This document shows positions 1 through 10,379 of a stretch of DNA of 20,000 nucleotides, in pieces; position 1 is the first letter of the stretch; each line of letters starts with the position of its first letter. Under the pieces are notes generated by a model, which saw only the letters and a list, made by a program, of their open reading frames with translations, searched no databases and was not told where the DNA came from. Origin of the DNA: Massalongia carnosa (lineage: Eukaryota); NCBI GenBank assembly GCA_965645245.1, contig OZ287085.1:1730013-1750012 (forward strand), read 5' to 3'. A program made the translations under genes and the position numbers.

Positions 1-1253
1 TCCCTGAAAATCTCGACACCTCTCCGGTTAAATGAAACGTTCAAACCCTTCCGATTAAGGGCTGCAATTGATAGCAAGTTGACGTCTAGTTCAGGCACGA
101 ATAGAACGTCTGTCATCCGGATATTTTTCCCATCGATATTGGTGCAAATCGTACCTACTCCTACGGAGAAGAGTTTTTCGCCGTTTGCAATTCTAATGGT
201 GGTCCGGTATGGCTTGATTTGGGTGAAGATCGATTTGTTGTATGTCATATGCCTGGAGGCTCCTGAGTCAATTACCCATCCAGGTGAGTGTTGATCATCT
301 TGCGCCATCCACGCACTATCCCCACTATCACTATTCGATTCATCCTTTGCTGCTCGTGCTGCCCCCCTTCCTCTCGGTATGTTTTTGGACTGCTTGTTAT
401 CACTCTTTGATTTTCGGTTATTTTCTAGTCTAGGTTTCACCTCATAAGGGTATTCTTTGACCCATTTTTTACCTTCATCTGTGTTGTCCTGCCAGTCCCA
501 GCAATCATTGCTATTATGCCTCTTTGTGCAATGTGAGCATTTGGGGATTGCCTTACCCTTGTTAATGGCCTTATTGGCCGTCTCAGTCTCTTGCCCATCA
601 TTTAGTCGTTGCTCCACCCGTTTTAGGCTTTCCAGAGTCTTTTCTAATGTGGAATCACCAAGGTCTTCAAGGGTGAACTTCGCGGTGTCATAAGCTGGGT
701 CCTTAATGGCGTTCATGAAGGTCATGGCCACAGACAGATCTGATGGCTGTTCTGAAGTCTTTATATCTGCGATTTCCATCGCAAGGTTCTGCAATTCATT
801 GGCGACCTCATCGATGGGTTGATCGACTGACATTTCATATGTATAGAATTTTCTGTGAAGCACACATATTCTGCTTTTGGCTTTGACTCCATGGACGTTC
901 CTCAATGCTGCCCAAACATCCTTGGCGGTCTCCTTGTTCCTAACAGTGACATATTGAGACTTTTCTATATTGCCTCTGATCCAGAGCTGTGCCTGAGTGT
1001 CATCAGTAAACCATTCCTCATAGTCTTTTGGATGGGTGACAGGGTCTGGAGAAGAAATGGCCCCGTTTACTATCCTCCACATCCTTTTAGATTTGAGAAG
1101 AAGTTGCATGTCATCGGCCCAGGTCAGCTAGTTGTTGGACCCAAGCTTCGGCTCTACTTTATAGTCTCCTTTTCGAATGGCTTTTGAATATGATCCATCA
1201 GGGGTTGTGCCCTCTTTCGCAGGAGCTGCGGAATCGCTCTCTTTTCCAGACAT
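1..1253 (-). pseudogene. Ty1/copia gag-protease (5' part of gag-pol), disrupted; runs off the left window edge
   Basis: Manual minus-strand translation from ATG at 1253 gives MSGKESDS...KLGSNN*LTWADDMQLLLKSKRMWRIVNG...TAKDVWAAL, a copia gag N-terminus. Also present: a zinc-knuckle remnant CSHCTKRHNSNDCW (~495-540), the copia protease motif WVIDSGASRHMT (243-278) and VLFVPELDVNLLSI (~65-110). There is an in-frame TAG at 1128-1130 and a frameshift near 850-870. Confidence 0.93.
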
Positions 1254-1364
1254 GGTCCTATAATAGGAGAACTGATGGATGGAACGAAGAGAAGTATGGC
1301 TTCGTAACTTTGAAAAACAACAGAATAGATAGATTAATTTATGCGGAAGAAAAAATTGCTTTCC

Positions 1365-1376
1365 GGGCTCATAACC
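1365..1376 (-). promoter_or_regulatory. Primer binding site of the copia element (Ty5/copia type, internal initiator tRNA-Met half-molecule priming)
   Basis: The minus strand reads GGTTATGAGCCC directly after the LTR end. This matches the PBS type known from yeast Ty5 and Drosophila copia. Confidence 0.85.
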
Positions 1377-1715
1377 TATTGTAATTGAAGCTCTGCTGGT
1401 ATAGTAAAAAGCTCACTTTTGAAACGATTGATCTTTCTATCTACCTATCTAAGGACCGTGTTTATATAGATAGAAAAACATGCCGAAAACCGTTCTCCCT
1501 ATGACTCACCTTCCTGCTTCCTGGAAATCTAAGATTGGTGATTGACTCATATCCAATTTATGACTCGATGGGAATGTTCATAGAAGTTTTGCGGTGCTTC
1601 TCGAGGTCGTTATGTGTTGCCTAATGTTCTTACCAACGCACTAATCCCAATGCGGTACTATGTGACTCTGAACACTTTACTAGGCATCAGCCGGGTGACT
1701 TTGCACATTACAACA
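1377..1715 (-). repeat. 5' LTR of the copia element (339 bp)
   Basis: The minus strand begins TGTTGTAAT and ends ATTACAATA (8/9 terminal inverted repeat). It abuts the PBS and has a TATA-like TATATAAA on the minus strand near 1461-1468. Confidence 0.8.
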
Positions 1716-1749
1716 CTTTGACCCGACCCTACCTATTTTGTACCTCTAT

Positions 1750-2157
1750 TGTGACCATCACGTTGTGTAGCCCCTGTGGATCCCATCTTCCAGTAGTGAA
1801 TGCCTGCTGGGAGAAGGTCTCCCCGTTTCAGCTTCGACGGACTGAAGCTAGGACGAAACGGGAAAGCATTGGATAAAAACTCTCTAATTCGGATCGGCGA
1901 GGGCCGTACGCTTAGAAGAGCCCATTCTTCGGGGCTAAGTATAAATGGAAGCGGCTAGGGGCTAGCCGCAGCTAGACGGGCGGTAGTGTAACGGTTCGAC
2001 CAAGCGTGGTGCGGACGGCAGGACCTACGGCGAACATAGCAGGAGTCCCAGTTATAGTAGAATAGAGATTAGTCTGCGCACTAAGTATTGTGCCTTTTGG
2101 TCGGGAAGGACAGGTGGCGCAATGGTAGAAATCTATTCACTATCTCGCTTCGTCACA
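1750..2157 (-). repeat. LTR (408 bp), probably the 3' LTR of a minus-strand LTR retrotransposon
   Basis: Ends are TGTGAC...GTCACA. On the minus strand it is immediately preceded by the purine-rich AAAAAGAGTAGGAAT (2158-2172), which looks like a PPT. The flanks (TCTAT / ATTCC) are not a TSD, so this is not a simple solo LTR. Orientation is inferred from the PPT only. Confidence 0.65.
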
Positions 2158-2211
2158 ATTCCTACTCTTTTTAGTTCTTCTCAAATTCTAAATCTTATTC
2201 ATATCTTTATT

Positions 2212-2434
2212 TGTGGGTTTACCCCAACTCGTGGCACCAGACGTATGACTACGTCAGTGCTTGAGTTGGATGGTAAAGTTGTTCTATTAGCTAGTAGCGA
2301 GCGTGGGCTATATAGGCGTGTGTCCCTTTTCGGGGTCACGTGGCTGGCTAGGCGTCCCGTGCCTAACAGTGACGCGGGCCTTAATAGCCTCTAGTCGTGC
2401 CCACAGCCCGTTCTATCTACTAGTGCTACTAACA
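2212..2434. mobile_element. Solo LTR (223 bp)
   Basis: TG...CA ends (TGTGG...TAACA), an exact 5-bp TSD TTATT at 2207-2211 and 2435-2439, and an internal TATATA near 2309. It interrupts an otherwise continuous T-rich tract. Confidence 0.8.
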
Positions 2435-2529
2435 TTATTCTTTCTTTTTATTATCTCTCTTCTTTGTTAAATACAGAAGGAGAATGAAATTTCTCAAACG
2501 CCTTTTATCATTTGTTCTACTGTAAAAAA

Positions 2530-4188
2530 ATGACGCACGACGAAACTGAAAATGACCACGTGCAACGCAAGAATAATCATAGGAAAACCAGAGACTCTTT
2601 ACAAACCAGTATCGAATCGTACTTGAATCGTGTAGGAAACGTTAGCGGCCCGGACGCGTTACGTCTATTGCTTGAAGCAAGAAACGCGTTCCAAACGCAA
2701 CAACAAATAGAAGACGACGAACCCTCCAACGAACAGGGCGACGTCTCGAGCACCCTGCGGGAGATAAAACAATCGCTAGAACGCATCGAGAAAGGAAAAC
2801 CCATCGCGAAAAGCCCCCAAAGCTGTGCAGGCGCCGCCGCGGAGGGGGCTCGTAAAGAGAGCGACCGACGCGCAACGTCGACCACCGCCGGAAGTCGCAA
2901 CAGGCCAGACCTCACGCAACGGGCAGTCAACGAAGCGATGCAGGCCAGGGTGTTCACTGTAACCATCCCGGTCGAGGAAGAAAAGGATAAATTGAGACGA
3001 CTATCGACCAAAGAATTGGTCGAAACGTTGCAGAGAAACGCTCCAGGAATACACGGAGTAACGAGACTCGCAAGTAGCGACATAAGTATACACACCGAAT
3101 CAGTTGAAGCCAAGAAGACTCTGAGCGAAAGTTCGGAGTTCTTAACCGGAATAGCCGCGTCAGCGATGGTCCAACGAAGAACCTACATAGTGCAAGCAAG
3201 CGGCGTAAAGGTCGAACACGTTCAAACGAGCGATCAGGACAGAGCATTTCAATATATGCACACAGTAAACGCAAGATTACATCCGAATCTGAAGATCGTG
3301 AAGATTTCCTGGTCCACCAAAGCAATCAGAGAAAAGAAACTGTATTCCACATTACGCCTGGAAGTCGCAACCCCAACGATGGCAAACCGCCTGATTACGG
3401 AAGGCCTACTGGTGGACTACGAAATCAAGCACTGCGAAATGCTTTCAAAGGGAAACAAACTGATGCAGTGCTTCAACTGCTACAAATATAGACATAAAAG
3501 CAGATACTGCAAGCTTCCTACGAGATGCGGCCGCTGCGCCGGAGAACATCTGACGGACGAATGCAACGCAGAAATTACAGGCGGAGCCACAGCCTACGCG
3601 GGCTGCGACTCGTGGGGGCACGTCGCGTGGTTCCCTTACTGCAAGGTGAGAATACTGGAGAAGAAAAAGATCGAAAAATCCAGAAAAAACAAAGCATATC
3701 TGTACACCGTGGACGAGTCAACGCCGGTCCCCACTTTCGTCTTCACTCAAAACCCAACGATCCCACCTACCGCCCCGACGACACCACAAACCGTCAGCAA
3801 TCCCACCCCGCCACCTATCACCCCAATCAAAGTAATCACGAACAAGAAGAGAAAGGTAGCTACCGCTGCCTCACCCACCACGCCCAACCCCCGGTCCTCC
3901 GCCCCTCCCGGCCCCGTCCAAGGAGGAGCGTGGAAAGACATCGAGATCATGAAACCTAGCAATATGCAAAGACCGATGGCCAAGCCAACTCTGGGCAGAC
4001 CCCCAAACGTAGCAACCGCGCAGCAGGCTCCCGCCGCATCAGCAGCGCCGGAGACAGAAGCCACCCATCCCCCCCCCCGCGCCCCCTCTACGATTCCCCC
4101 CTCCCCTTCCTCTCCCCCCGAAGTCCCCCTCAATGTGGAACCGAAAACGATTCCCCCGCAAACGGAAAACATGGAAACTGATCTATGA
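2530..4188 (+). CDS. LINE ORF1 gag-like nucleic-acid-binding protein (552 aa from the ATG at 2530)
   Basis: Uninterrupted ORF. Has a coiled-coil-like N-terminus, knuckles CFNCYKYRHKSRYC and CGRCAGEHLTDEC, a degenerate third knuckle (YAGCDSWGHVAWFPYC), a KKRK basic motif and a Pro/Thr-rich tail. Confidence 0.9.
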   Translation: MTHDETENDHVQRKNNHRKTRDSLQTSIESYLNRVGNVSGPDALRLLLEARNAFQTQQQIEDDEPSNEQGDVSSTLREIKQSLERIEKGKPIAKSPQSCAGAAAEGARKESDRRATSTTAGSRNRPDLTQRAVNEAMQARVFTVTIPVEEEKDKLRRLSTKELVETLQRNAPGIHGVTRLASSDISIHTESVEAKKTLSESSEFLTGIAASAMVQRRTYIVQASGVKVEHVQTSDQDRAFQYMHTVNARLHPNLKIVKISWSTKAIREKKLYSTLRLEVATPTMANRLITEGLLVDYEIKHCEMLSKGNKLMQCFNCYKYRHKSRYCKLPTRCGRCAGEHLTDECNAEITGGATAYAGCDSWGHVAWFPYCKVRILEKKKIEKSRKNKAYLYTVDESTPVPTFVFTQNPTIPPTAPTTPQTVSNPTPPPITPIKVITNKKRKVATAASPTTPNPRSSAPPGPVQGGAWKDIEIMKPSNMQRPMAKPTLGRPPNVATAQQAPAASAAPETEATHPPPRAPSTIPPSPSSPPEVPLNVEPKTIPPQTENMETDL

Positions 4189-7100
4189 CGGACACACACT
4201 CTATCAACATATTACAGTACAACGTCAGAAATGACCGCGTAAAAATCATGATACCGTTATTAGCAGATCAGAGAGTACAAAATTACGATATAATAGCGAT
4301 TCAAGAGCCGCGGCGCAACCCCAACGGGCCGACCACGCTTAGTTCCTTTCAAAGTGGATTCCATCTTCTGTATCGCCCAGGTTGCGACACGAGAGTGTGC
4401 TTCTATATTATCGAAAAAATCGATCCGGAAAGCTGAGAGATTGAGTTTCCCTCGTCGGACATATGCACGCTGAAAATAAAATCAAAGATCAAGAAAACGA
4501 GAAAAAATGCATGTACACAACGTGTATAATCCTTCTCCAATCTCCTATTCATCCATTGATAGCCCTTCGTCCATACCGATATTGAGTCGCCAACTCGCCG
4601 CCGAGGCGGAACACGTTGTGATCGGCGATTTCAATCTACCCACCCGCTCTGGAACGGCCCTACGAGGCCCACTCAACTCACCGCAGCCGACCATCTGCTA
4701 GATCTAGTAGAGAATCACGACCTATCGTTAACACTGCCCAAAGGCTCAGTGACGTGGGAAGCTCGGGGGTCGTTCAGCACCATAGATCTAGTATTCATGT
4801 CGGAATACTTAGCAGAAAAAATAGAGCATTGCAAGACGAGACCCGACTTGAATCAATCGTCAGATCACATCCCGATATCTACCCGCATCCTACTAGGCTA
4901 TGAGATACCTACGCCCATCAAACGCCGAGCCTGGAAGCTTCTGAACATGGAAAAGCTAAGAGAGGCTGAGCAAACCGCCCCCCCTACGAGTCACCCACGC
5001 TCGCGCGAGGAGATTGACGAATACACTCACACCATACAGAAGTTTCTTCAGCGGGTTATCGCCGCTTCCGTCCCGTGGGCGAAATAAAGCGCACACGCCA
5101 AACCCTTTTGGAATCCCGAATGCAACGACGCCACAAAGCAATCCCGCAGACTGCGCAGAATATGGAGCGCCACAAATCTCAGGGAAGATTGGATAGCGTA
5201 CATGAAGGCGAACGACAAAAAACAAAAGATAATTCAAAAAGCGAAAACGCTCTCGTTTCGTAAAGAGATAAGCCGCGCCACCGAATCGCCCCAGGGAATC
5301 TGGAAACTCGCCAAATGGGCCAAAAACAAGAGCAATGCAGGCCGCGAAGTACCGAAAATGCCATCGCTCGAATTCAACGATCAAAAAGCATTCACATTCG
5401 AAGAGAAATCCGAAATGCTTGAGAGCACTTTCTTTCCAGCACCGCCCCCGGCGGATCTACGCGACATACCCGGAGCGTTCTATCCCGCCGAAATCGAATG
5501 CCCAGAGAGAATAACGAGAGAAGAGGTTCTTACGATCATCCAACGAGTCAGTGCGGACAAGGCGTCCGGACCGGACGGCATTTCCAACAGAATTCTAAAA
5601 GCATGCGCCGAGAAGCTAACGGACCTACTCACCCCACTGTATCAGGCCTGCGTAACGCTCGCGTACCATCCTCGAGCCTTCAAAATCACAAACACAATTA
5701 CGCTGAAAAAACCGGGCAAAGACGATTACACGACCCCGAAAGCCTATCGACCGATAGCGTTATTGAACACAATAGGCAAGGTACTAGAAGCAGTGATCGC
5801 AAGAAGAATCACCCACATGGCCGAGAGCAACAACCTGCTACCCGACATGCAGATGGGGGCTCGCAGAGGAAGATCCACCGAATCGGCACTGGAACTTCTC
5901 ACGGAACAGGTGCACACGGTCTGGGGCCAGGGTAACGACAAGGTGGCAACACAGCTCAGCATAGACGTAGCAGGAGCGTTCGATACCGTATCTCACCAAA
6001 GATTGATACACAATCCGCAATAGAGAAAGATTCCCAAATGGATTACCGATTGGACCGAGAGCTTCTTGAGCGAAAGAAGGACAACGCTTACGATCCAACG
6101 ACGCACCACTGACGTATTCGATGTGAGAACAGGGATCCCCCAGGGCTCTCCCATTTCCCCAATCCTATATTTATTCTACAACGCAGACCTGCTGGAAATA
6201 TGTCAAAGACTAGGCACGAATACAAGCTCACTGGGCTTCGTAAACGACGTCAACGTTCTGGCATACGGCAAAAGCACCGAGGAAAACTGCAGAACGCTAG
6301 AAAGAATTCACAAGGAATGCGAGAGATGGTCCTTACGCCACGGCTCCGTGTTTGCCCCGAGCAAATACGAGCTTATTCATCTGTCCAGAAATCCGAAAAA
6401 ATTCGACATGACGGCCACCATCAGGATAAGCACAAAAACGATCGAACTCAAACCGGATATCAGGGTGCTGGGTCTACAAAGCGACACCAAACTGAGATGG
6501 GGAGCCCATGTAAGGAAAACTCAAGAAAAAATGACGAAACAATCGGGTGCACTGACCAGGATCTCCGCGTCCACCTGGGGAGCCTCGTTCTCGAAGGCCA
6601 GACAGGTTTATATTGCGGTCGTTCGTCCGGCATAGACCTACGCATCCGCCGTATGGCACACACCGAAAGAAATAGGGAAAAGCAAAGCCGCGACGAGCTG
6701 GCGGTCATGCAAAACTAGTGCTTGCGAACAATAACGAGTGCATTTCGGGCCACCCCGATTTCAGTATTGGAAACCGAAACGCACGTGACGTCTATAGAAT
6801 CGCATTTGGAAGAATTACAAGTCAAAGCGAGATATCGCCAACGAACCGCGGGGCAAACGAGACTCATCTCGTCTTTCTGCAAGGAGATAGAACGCAAGTT
6901 GCGCGGAAAAGCGGGCAAGAAAAGATCGCCGAAACCGACCCCAGGAATGCTCAAGCACGAATGGGCCAAAAACAAATTGATCAGCGCCATACCCACCGCA
7001 GCCCCAACGCCGCACCCACCCTGGATCACGCCTACGGAGCAACACATGCTCACAGCCAATGCAGTAAGGATGAGTCGCAGCGCTCACACGAAAGCCACAA

Positions 7101-7548
7101 AAGCGCATTACAAAACGAAATGGCAGACAACCTGGAAAGCATATCAAGATCGCGTACCCTTTCCCACCGAAGCACAGCGCGCTTCCTTAATTCCTTAACC
7201 AAAGGAAAAATCAAAATACACGACAATCTGGCAAAAGCGGAAAGCGCGTTAGCTACCCAAATTCGCACGGAAAAAATAGGTCTGGCAAGTTTTCTATTTA
7301 AACGACGAGTTCCCAACGTGACGACGGCGGCCTGCAGCTGTGGATGGCCCCAGCAAACGGCCAAACACGTAATCATGCACTGCCCATTAATGACGGGAAG
7401 ACAAGAGCTGTTTCGGCGTATAAATAACAACGAGTATCGTACGATACTCCGAACATCCAAAACATTGAAACAGGTAACGAGATGGATTATCGAAGCTGGC
7501 GTTTTGGCGCAATTTTCTTTATCGGCAAGCTTGCTATACAAGCAATAA
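4185..7548 (+). pseudogene. LINE ORF2 (AP endonuclease - reverse transcriptase - CCHC), disrupted
   Basis: APE motifs ILQYNV, IAIQEP, VYNP, IGDFN, TIDLVF and SDHIPI. RT motifs ASGPDGI, YRPIALLNTIGK, DVAGAFD and GIPQGSPISP, with the catalytic motif altered to FVND. C-terminal CSCG...H...C. Stops at 4434, 5085, 6021 and 6633 plus several frameshifts. No RNase H domain recognised. Confidence 0.95.
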
Positions 7549-7751
7549 TTTTCTTTTCATTCAAGGGACTCATCTAAAAAGCACACGAGCAGCACAGCTG
7601 GAGGTCCTTGGGACCTCGTACGCGCAGCGTTGGCATTGGGTTTTTATACCTCTTAAAGGTATTCCTGTAGCATAGTAGTCCATCCCGCATGGGCCGGCCT
7701 TCGGCCGGTGACATATCTACGTAAGAATATATCTATCTATCTTTGTTAAAT

Positions 7752-8003
7752 TCAAATTATTATTAGTATTTACCTTCTTTTCTTCTCTTATCTTCCTTCT
7801 ATTCTCTCTTATATTTCGTATTCTTTTATTTATCTACTTTCCGTTTCTAATTATTTAATCGTTTTTTGATATTTGTTTTGTACTCTTTATCTTTTTATTA
7901 TTTTTATCCTTTTCTCTTCTTCAATTCTCTGCTTTATCTTATTGCTTAACCTTTCCTTCTATCTTATCTATATATTTTTTTATATAATCGTTTTCTTGTT
8001 CTT
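7752..8003. repeat. T/pyrimidine-rich low-complexity tract (continuation of 2158-2211 and 2435-2472)
   Basis: Almost no G on the plus strand. The composition is the same on both sides of the LINE and solo-LTR insertions. Confidence 0.75.
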
Positions 8004-8510
8004 GGAAAAGCTTCGTCCCACGCCGGCACAGGACCTGCTCGCATTGGAAGAATTGCACGAACGCCGTGCCACTTATCCTGTGACGGTTCGACCAGCCTGT
8101 GGAATTGACTATCTACAGGGAAGCTATGCACTAGAAAATATCGAAGATGCAGAAAGGAAACAAGCAAAAGTAGCCCTCTCTAGGAGTCTATATAGATAAT
8201 CGCTTGGCCCGATCCAGCTTCTTGTGTCTTTATCAATAAGTGAATAGTTTGGTCAAACAGTCTTTCTGCCCTTTGTCCCTTTTATCCATTTGTGTTTACT
8301 TTAGAAGGTCGTTCCGATGTGTCCCTTTCAGTCCTTTCAGACCTCCGTTGATTGCCCTATGATTGCTAAAAGGGTTGAGTAACGGAAGCGGTTAGTGCGC
8401 CGGCAGATGCCGTACTTTCCTTTTATTGGCCTTGAGTGTATGTGGTTGAACCGTGACATATCCCTCCAGTTTTGTCATCATGACCGACTGGTTTCGCAGC
8501 CTCACTTCAT

Positions 8511-8556
8511 TCATTGAAAATCGAATCACTCCAATCATTGAAATTTGAATCACTCC
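8511..8556 (+). repeat. Short tandem duplication, 24-bp period, 2 copies
   Basis: TCATTGAAAATCGAATCACTCC (8511-8532) versus TCATTGAAATTTGAATCACTCC (8535-8556). Confidence 0.7.
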
Positions 8557-10088
8557 CGGACCCAATAGATGATAGCAGAAACTATTCGCGACGATTTCTT
8601 CAACAGTAACCGGCCCTCCTCCAAATCCAGCCGCGACGATGTCCCCCCTGCCCCGCAAGCTCACACGCCTCCTCCCCTCCGCGTCCGCCTTGACCTCCTT
8701 CGCCTCGCCGCATAACCCGCCAGTGCGCCGCTTGATCCGCGAAGCAATTTCCAGTCGGCCCGTCACGCGCGCGCCGCCGCGTCTTATATCGTCACCTTGT
8801 TCACTCTTCCTCCAACAACTCGACCGACGACGACCACGAGGCGCCCTTACTCTAGAAGTCTCATGCTCTTTGCTAACCCTCCCACATGCAGCACTAAACT
8901 TAGTTCGACCGCGACTATCCTCTAGAAATTTGTACCACCTCGTAGCGCGATGAATTCACCAAAATGTGTCTAAGCTTTTGCTCTCGACCGAATCATGTCT
9001 TTCGTTCAAGGCCGCCCGTCTGCTTTTTCAGGTGCTCGCAAACTTCGCAACCACTCGCGCCATTCTATCGGTTCAGCAGTGCCTTTGTAACGTCTTGAAT
9101 CGCTCCTATCCCCCCGAGCCCGTCGGCGAAGATGTTCCCAGCTCTTTCCAAAACATGTTGACTCTACCGTTGAATTTCGATCCCAACACGGAACAGGTAT
9201 TGATGCGGGTCGCTCACACGCCTCCTCCGCCTCCACTGACGAGCCCAGATTGACTATTCAAATTCATGACCGTCATTCACAAGAAGCTGGACGATATTGC
9301 AAAGTACGAGCTGCATTCGTCCGTCACAACGGCTCGACAACGAGGCACTCTGATATTTCTCAGTCGACACTTGAACATCGTCAAGAACGAAGATCGGGGA
9401 AATATTACATGAAACGAGAGAGCGATGCATTGATGAATCAACGGATCAAGGTCGACGAAGCGATGAACGATCGAATGCTCGAGCGAGTTTATTCTTTCGA
9501 ACTCATCTCCTTCCAGATCCCAATCTCGAGCGATCTGATTTAAACAATTCGATTCAAACGTCTATGTCACATTCAGTTCAAAGCTCGGGTCAATAGTCGA
9601 TGAAATGAGCTCGTTCATGTGCTAGACGAAGATCAGCGCTTGCACCTCTTCGACCAGAACTTTCAGACTCGGTCATCAAATATTAATTCAACGCATAGTG
9701 GACTCAGTTGATCGCCGTCTTCCGCGACACCAAGCCCTGGGCGCCTCGCCTTACCCGCGCGTACGCAGCCAGTGTCACTTCCCACGAGAATGAGTCATTC
9801 CGAATTGGAGTCGACGATTCTTGATGGAACCGCGAAGCCCGTGAATGAAGCATCTTGGGTTCAAGCTTGCATTGATTTCTTTTCTTCTTCGGCGATGGGC
9901 TTGACTGATATTTCCGTGGATTAGGGTTTCTTCCCTTTTTCGTGCATCATCGTGTATCATCATCGTGTAGCATACTGAAATCGTTTTCGTCGCCGCAGTT
10001 CCATTGACTTCTCCCGCATCCTGATGAGATTATTGAGCTAGGCTTAGGCAATGTTTCCGGTGCGGTAAGTATAGTCACAAGAGCCATG

Positions 10089-10379
10089 TGTCACGGAAGT
10101 GATGAAGCACGTGTCACATCGGAACGGGAAGAACTAGCATTCCGAAGGTGCCAGGAACAGTCATGAGGTAATGACATTGCGGAAGTCCATGCCGAAAGCA
10201 TGAACATGGTAATCAAGAGGCTACGCCCGAAGGTGGACTAGCTTAGTTGTCGGGGTTATAGGCGTGTCTTTTCGATCTCTTGTTTCTTTTCTCCTTGTCG
10301 AATGTCTTGTCCATTTAGCTAGACAATCAAGCCTCACGTTTGCACCACCTGAATTACTGCACGCCCTCGCACCGTGACA
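10089..10379 (+). repeat. 5' LTR of the gypsy element (291 bp)
   Basis: Perfect 8-bp terminal inverted repeat TGTCACGG...CCGTGACA, ending 36 nt before the gag ATG at 10416. Confidence 0.88.

Larger units (their letters stand above)
2473..7739 (+). mobile_element. Apparently full-length Tad1-like non-LTR retrotransposon (LINE), ~5.27 kb
   Basis: 12-bp TSD TCTTTGTTAAAT at 2461-2472 and 7740-7751. Contains ORF1 with zinc knuckles and ORF2 with APE, RT and CCHC domains. The 3' end is a short (ATCT)n tail. Confidence 0.95.

Noticed and set aside
79..1384. Plus-strand ORFs of 63-110 aa
   Set aside because: They are antisense shadows of the copia gag-protease on the minus strand.
1822..1862. Hammerhead-ribozyme-like arrangement (CCCGTT...CTGAAGC...GAAACGGG)
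   Set aside because: The core reads CTGAAGC rather than CTGANGA, no stem II can form between it and GAAA, and stem I would be only 2 bp. A plain nested hairpin explains it better.
7873..8199. 108-aa ORF with a hydrophobic, membrane- or signal-like N-terminus
   Set aside because: It starts at TTG, and the F/I/L richness is a direct product of the T-rich low-complexity tract.
10013..10066. CTGATGAG hammerhead core-like motif inside a CCGCATC/GGTGCGG stem
   Set aside because: No GAAA follows a stem II, so the catalytic core is incomplete. The same applies to CTGATGA at 17310.
9775..10088. Possible C-terminus of pol for the minus-strand LTR element
   Set aside because: No recognisable integrase, GPY/F or chromodomain motif in any frame I read, so it is left unassigned.
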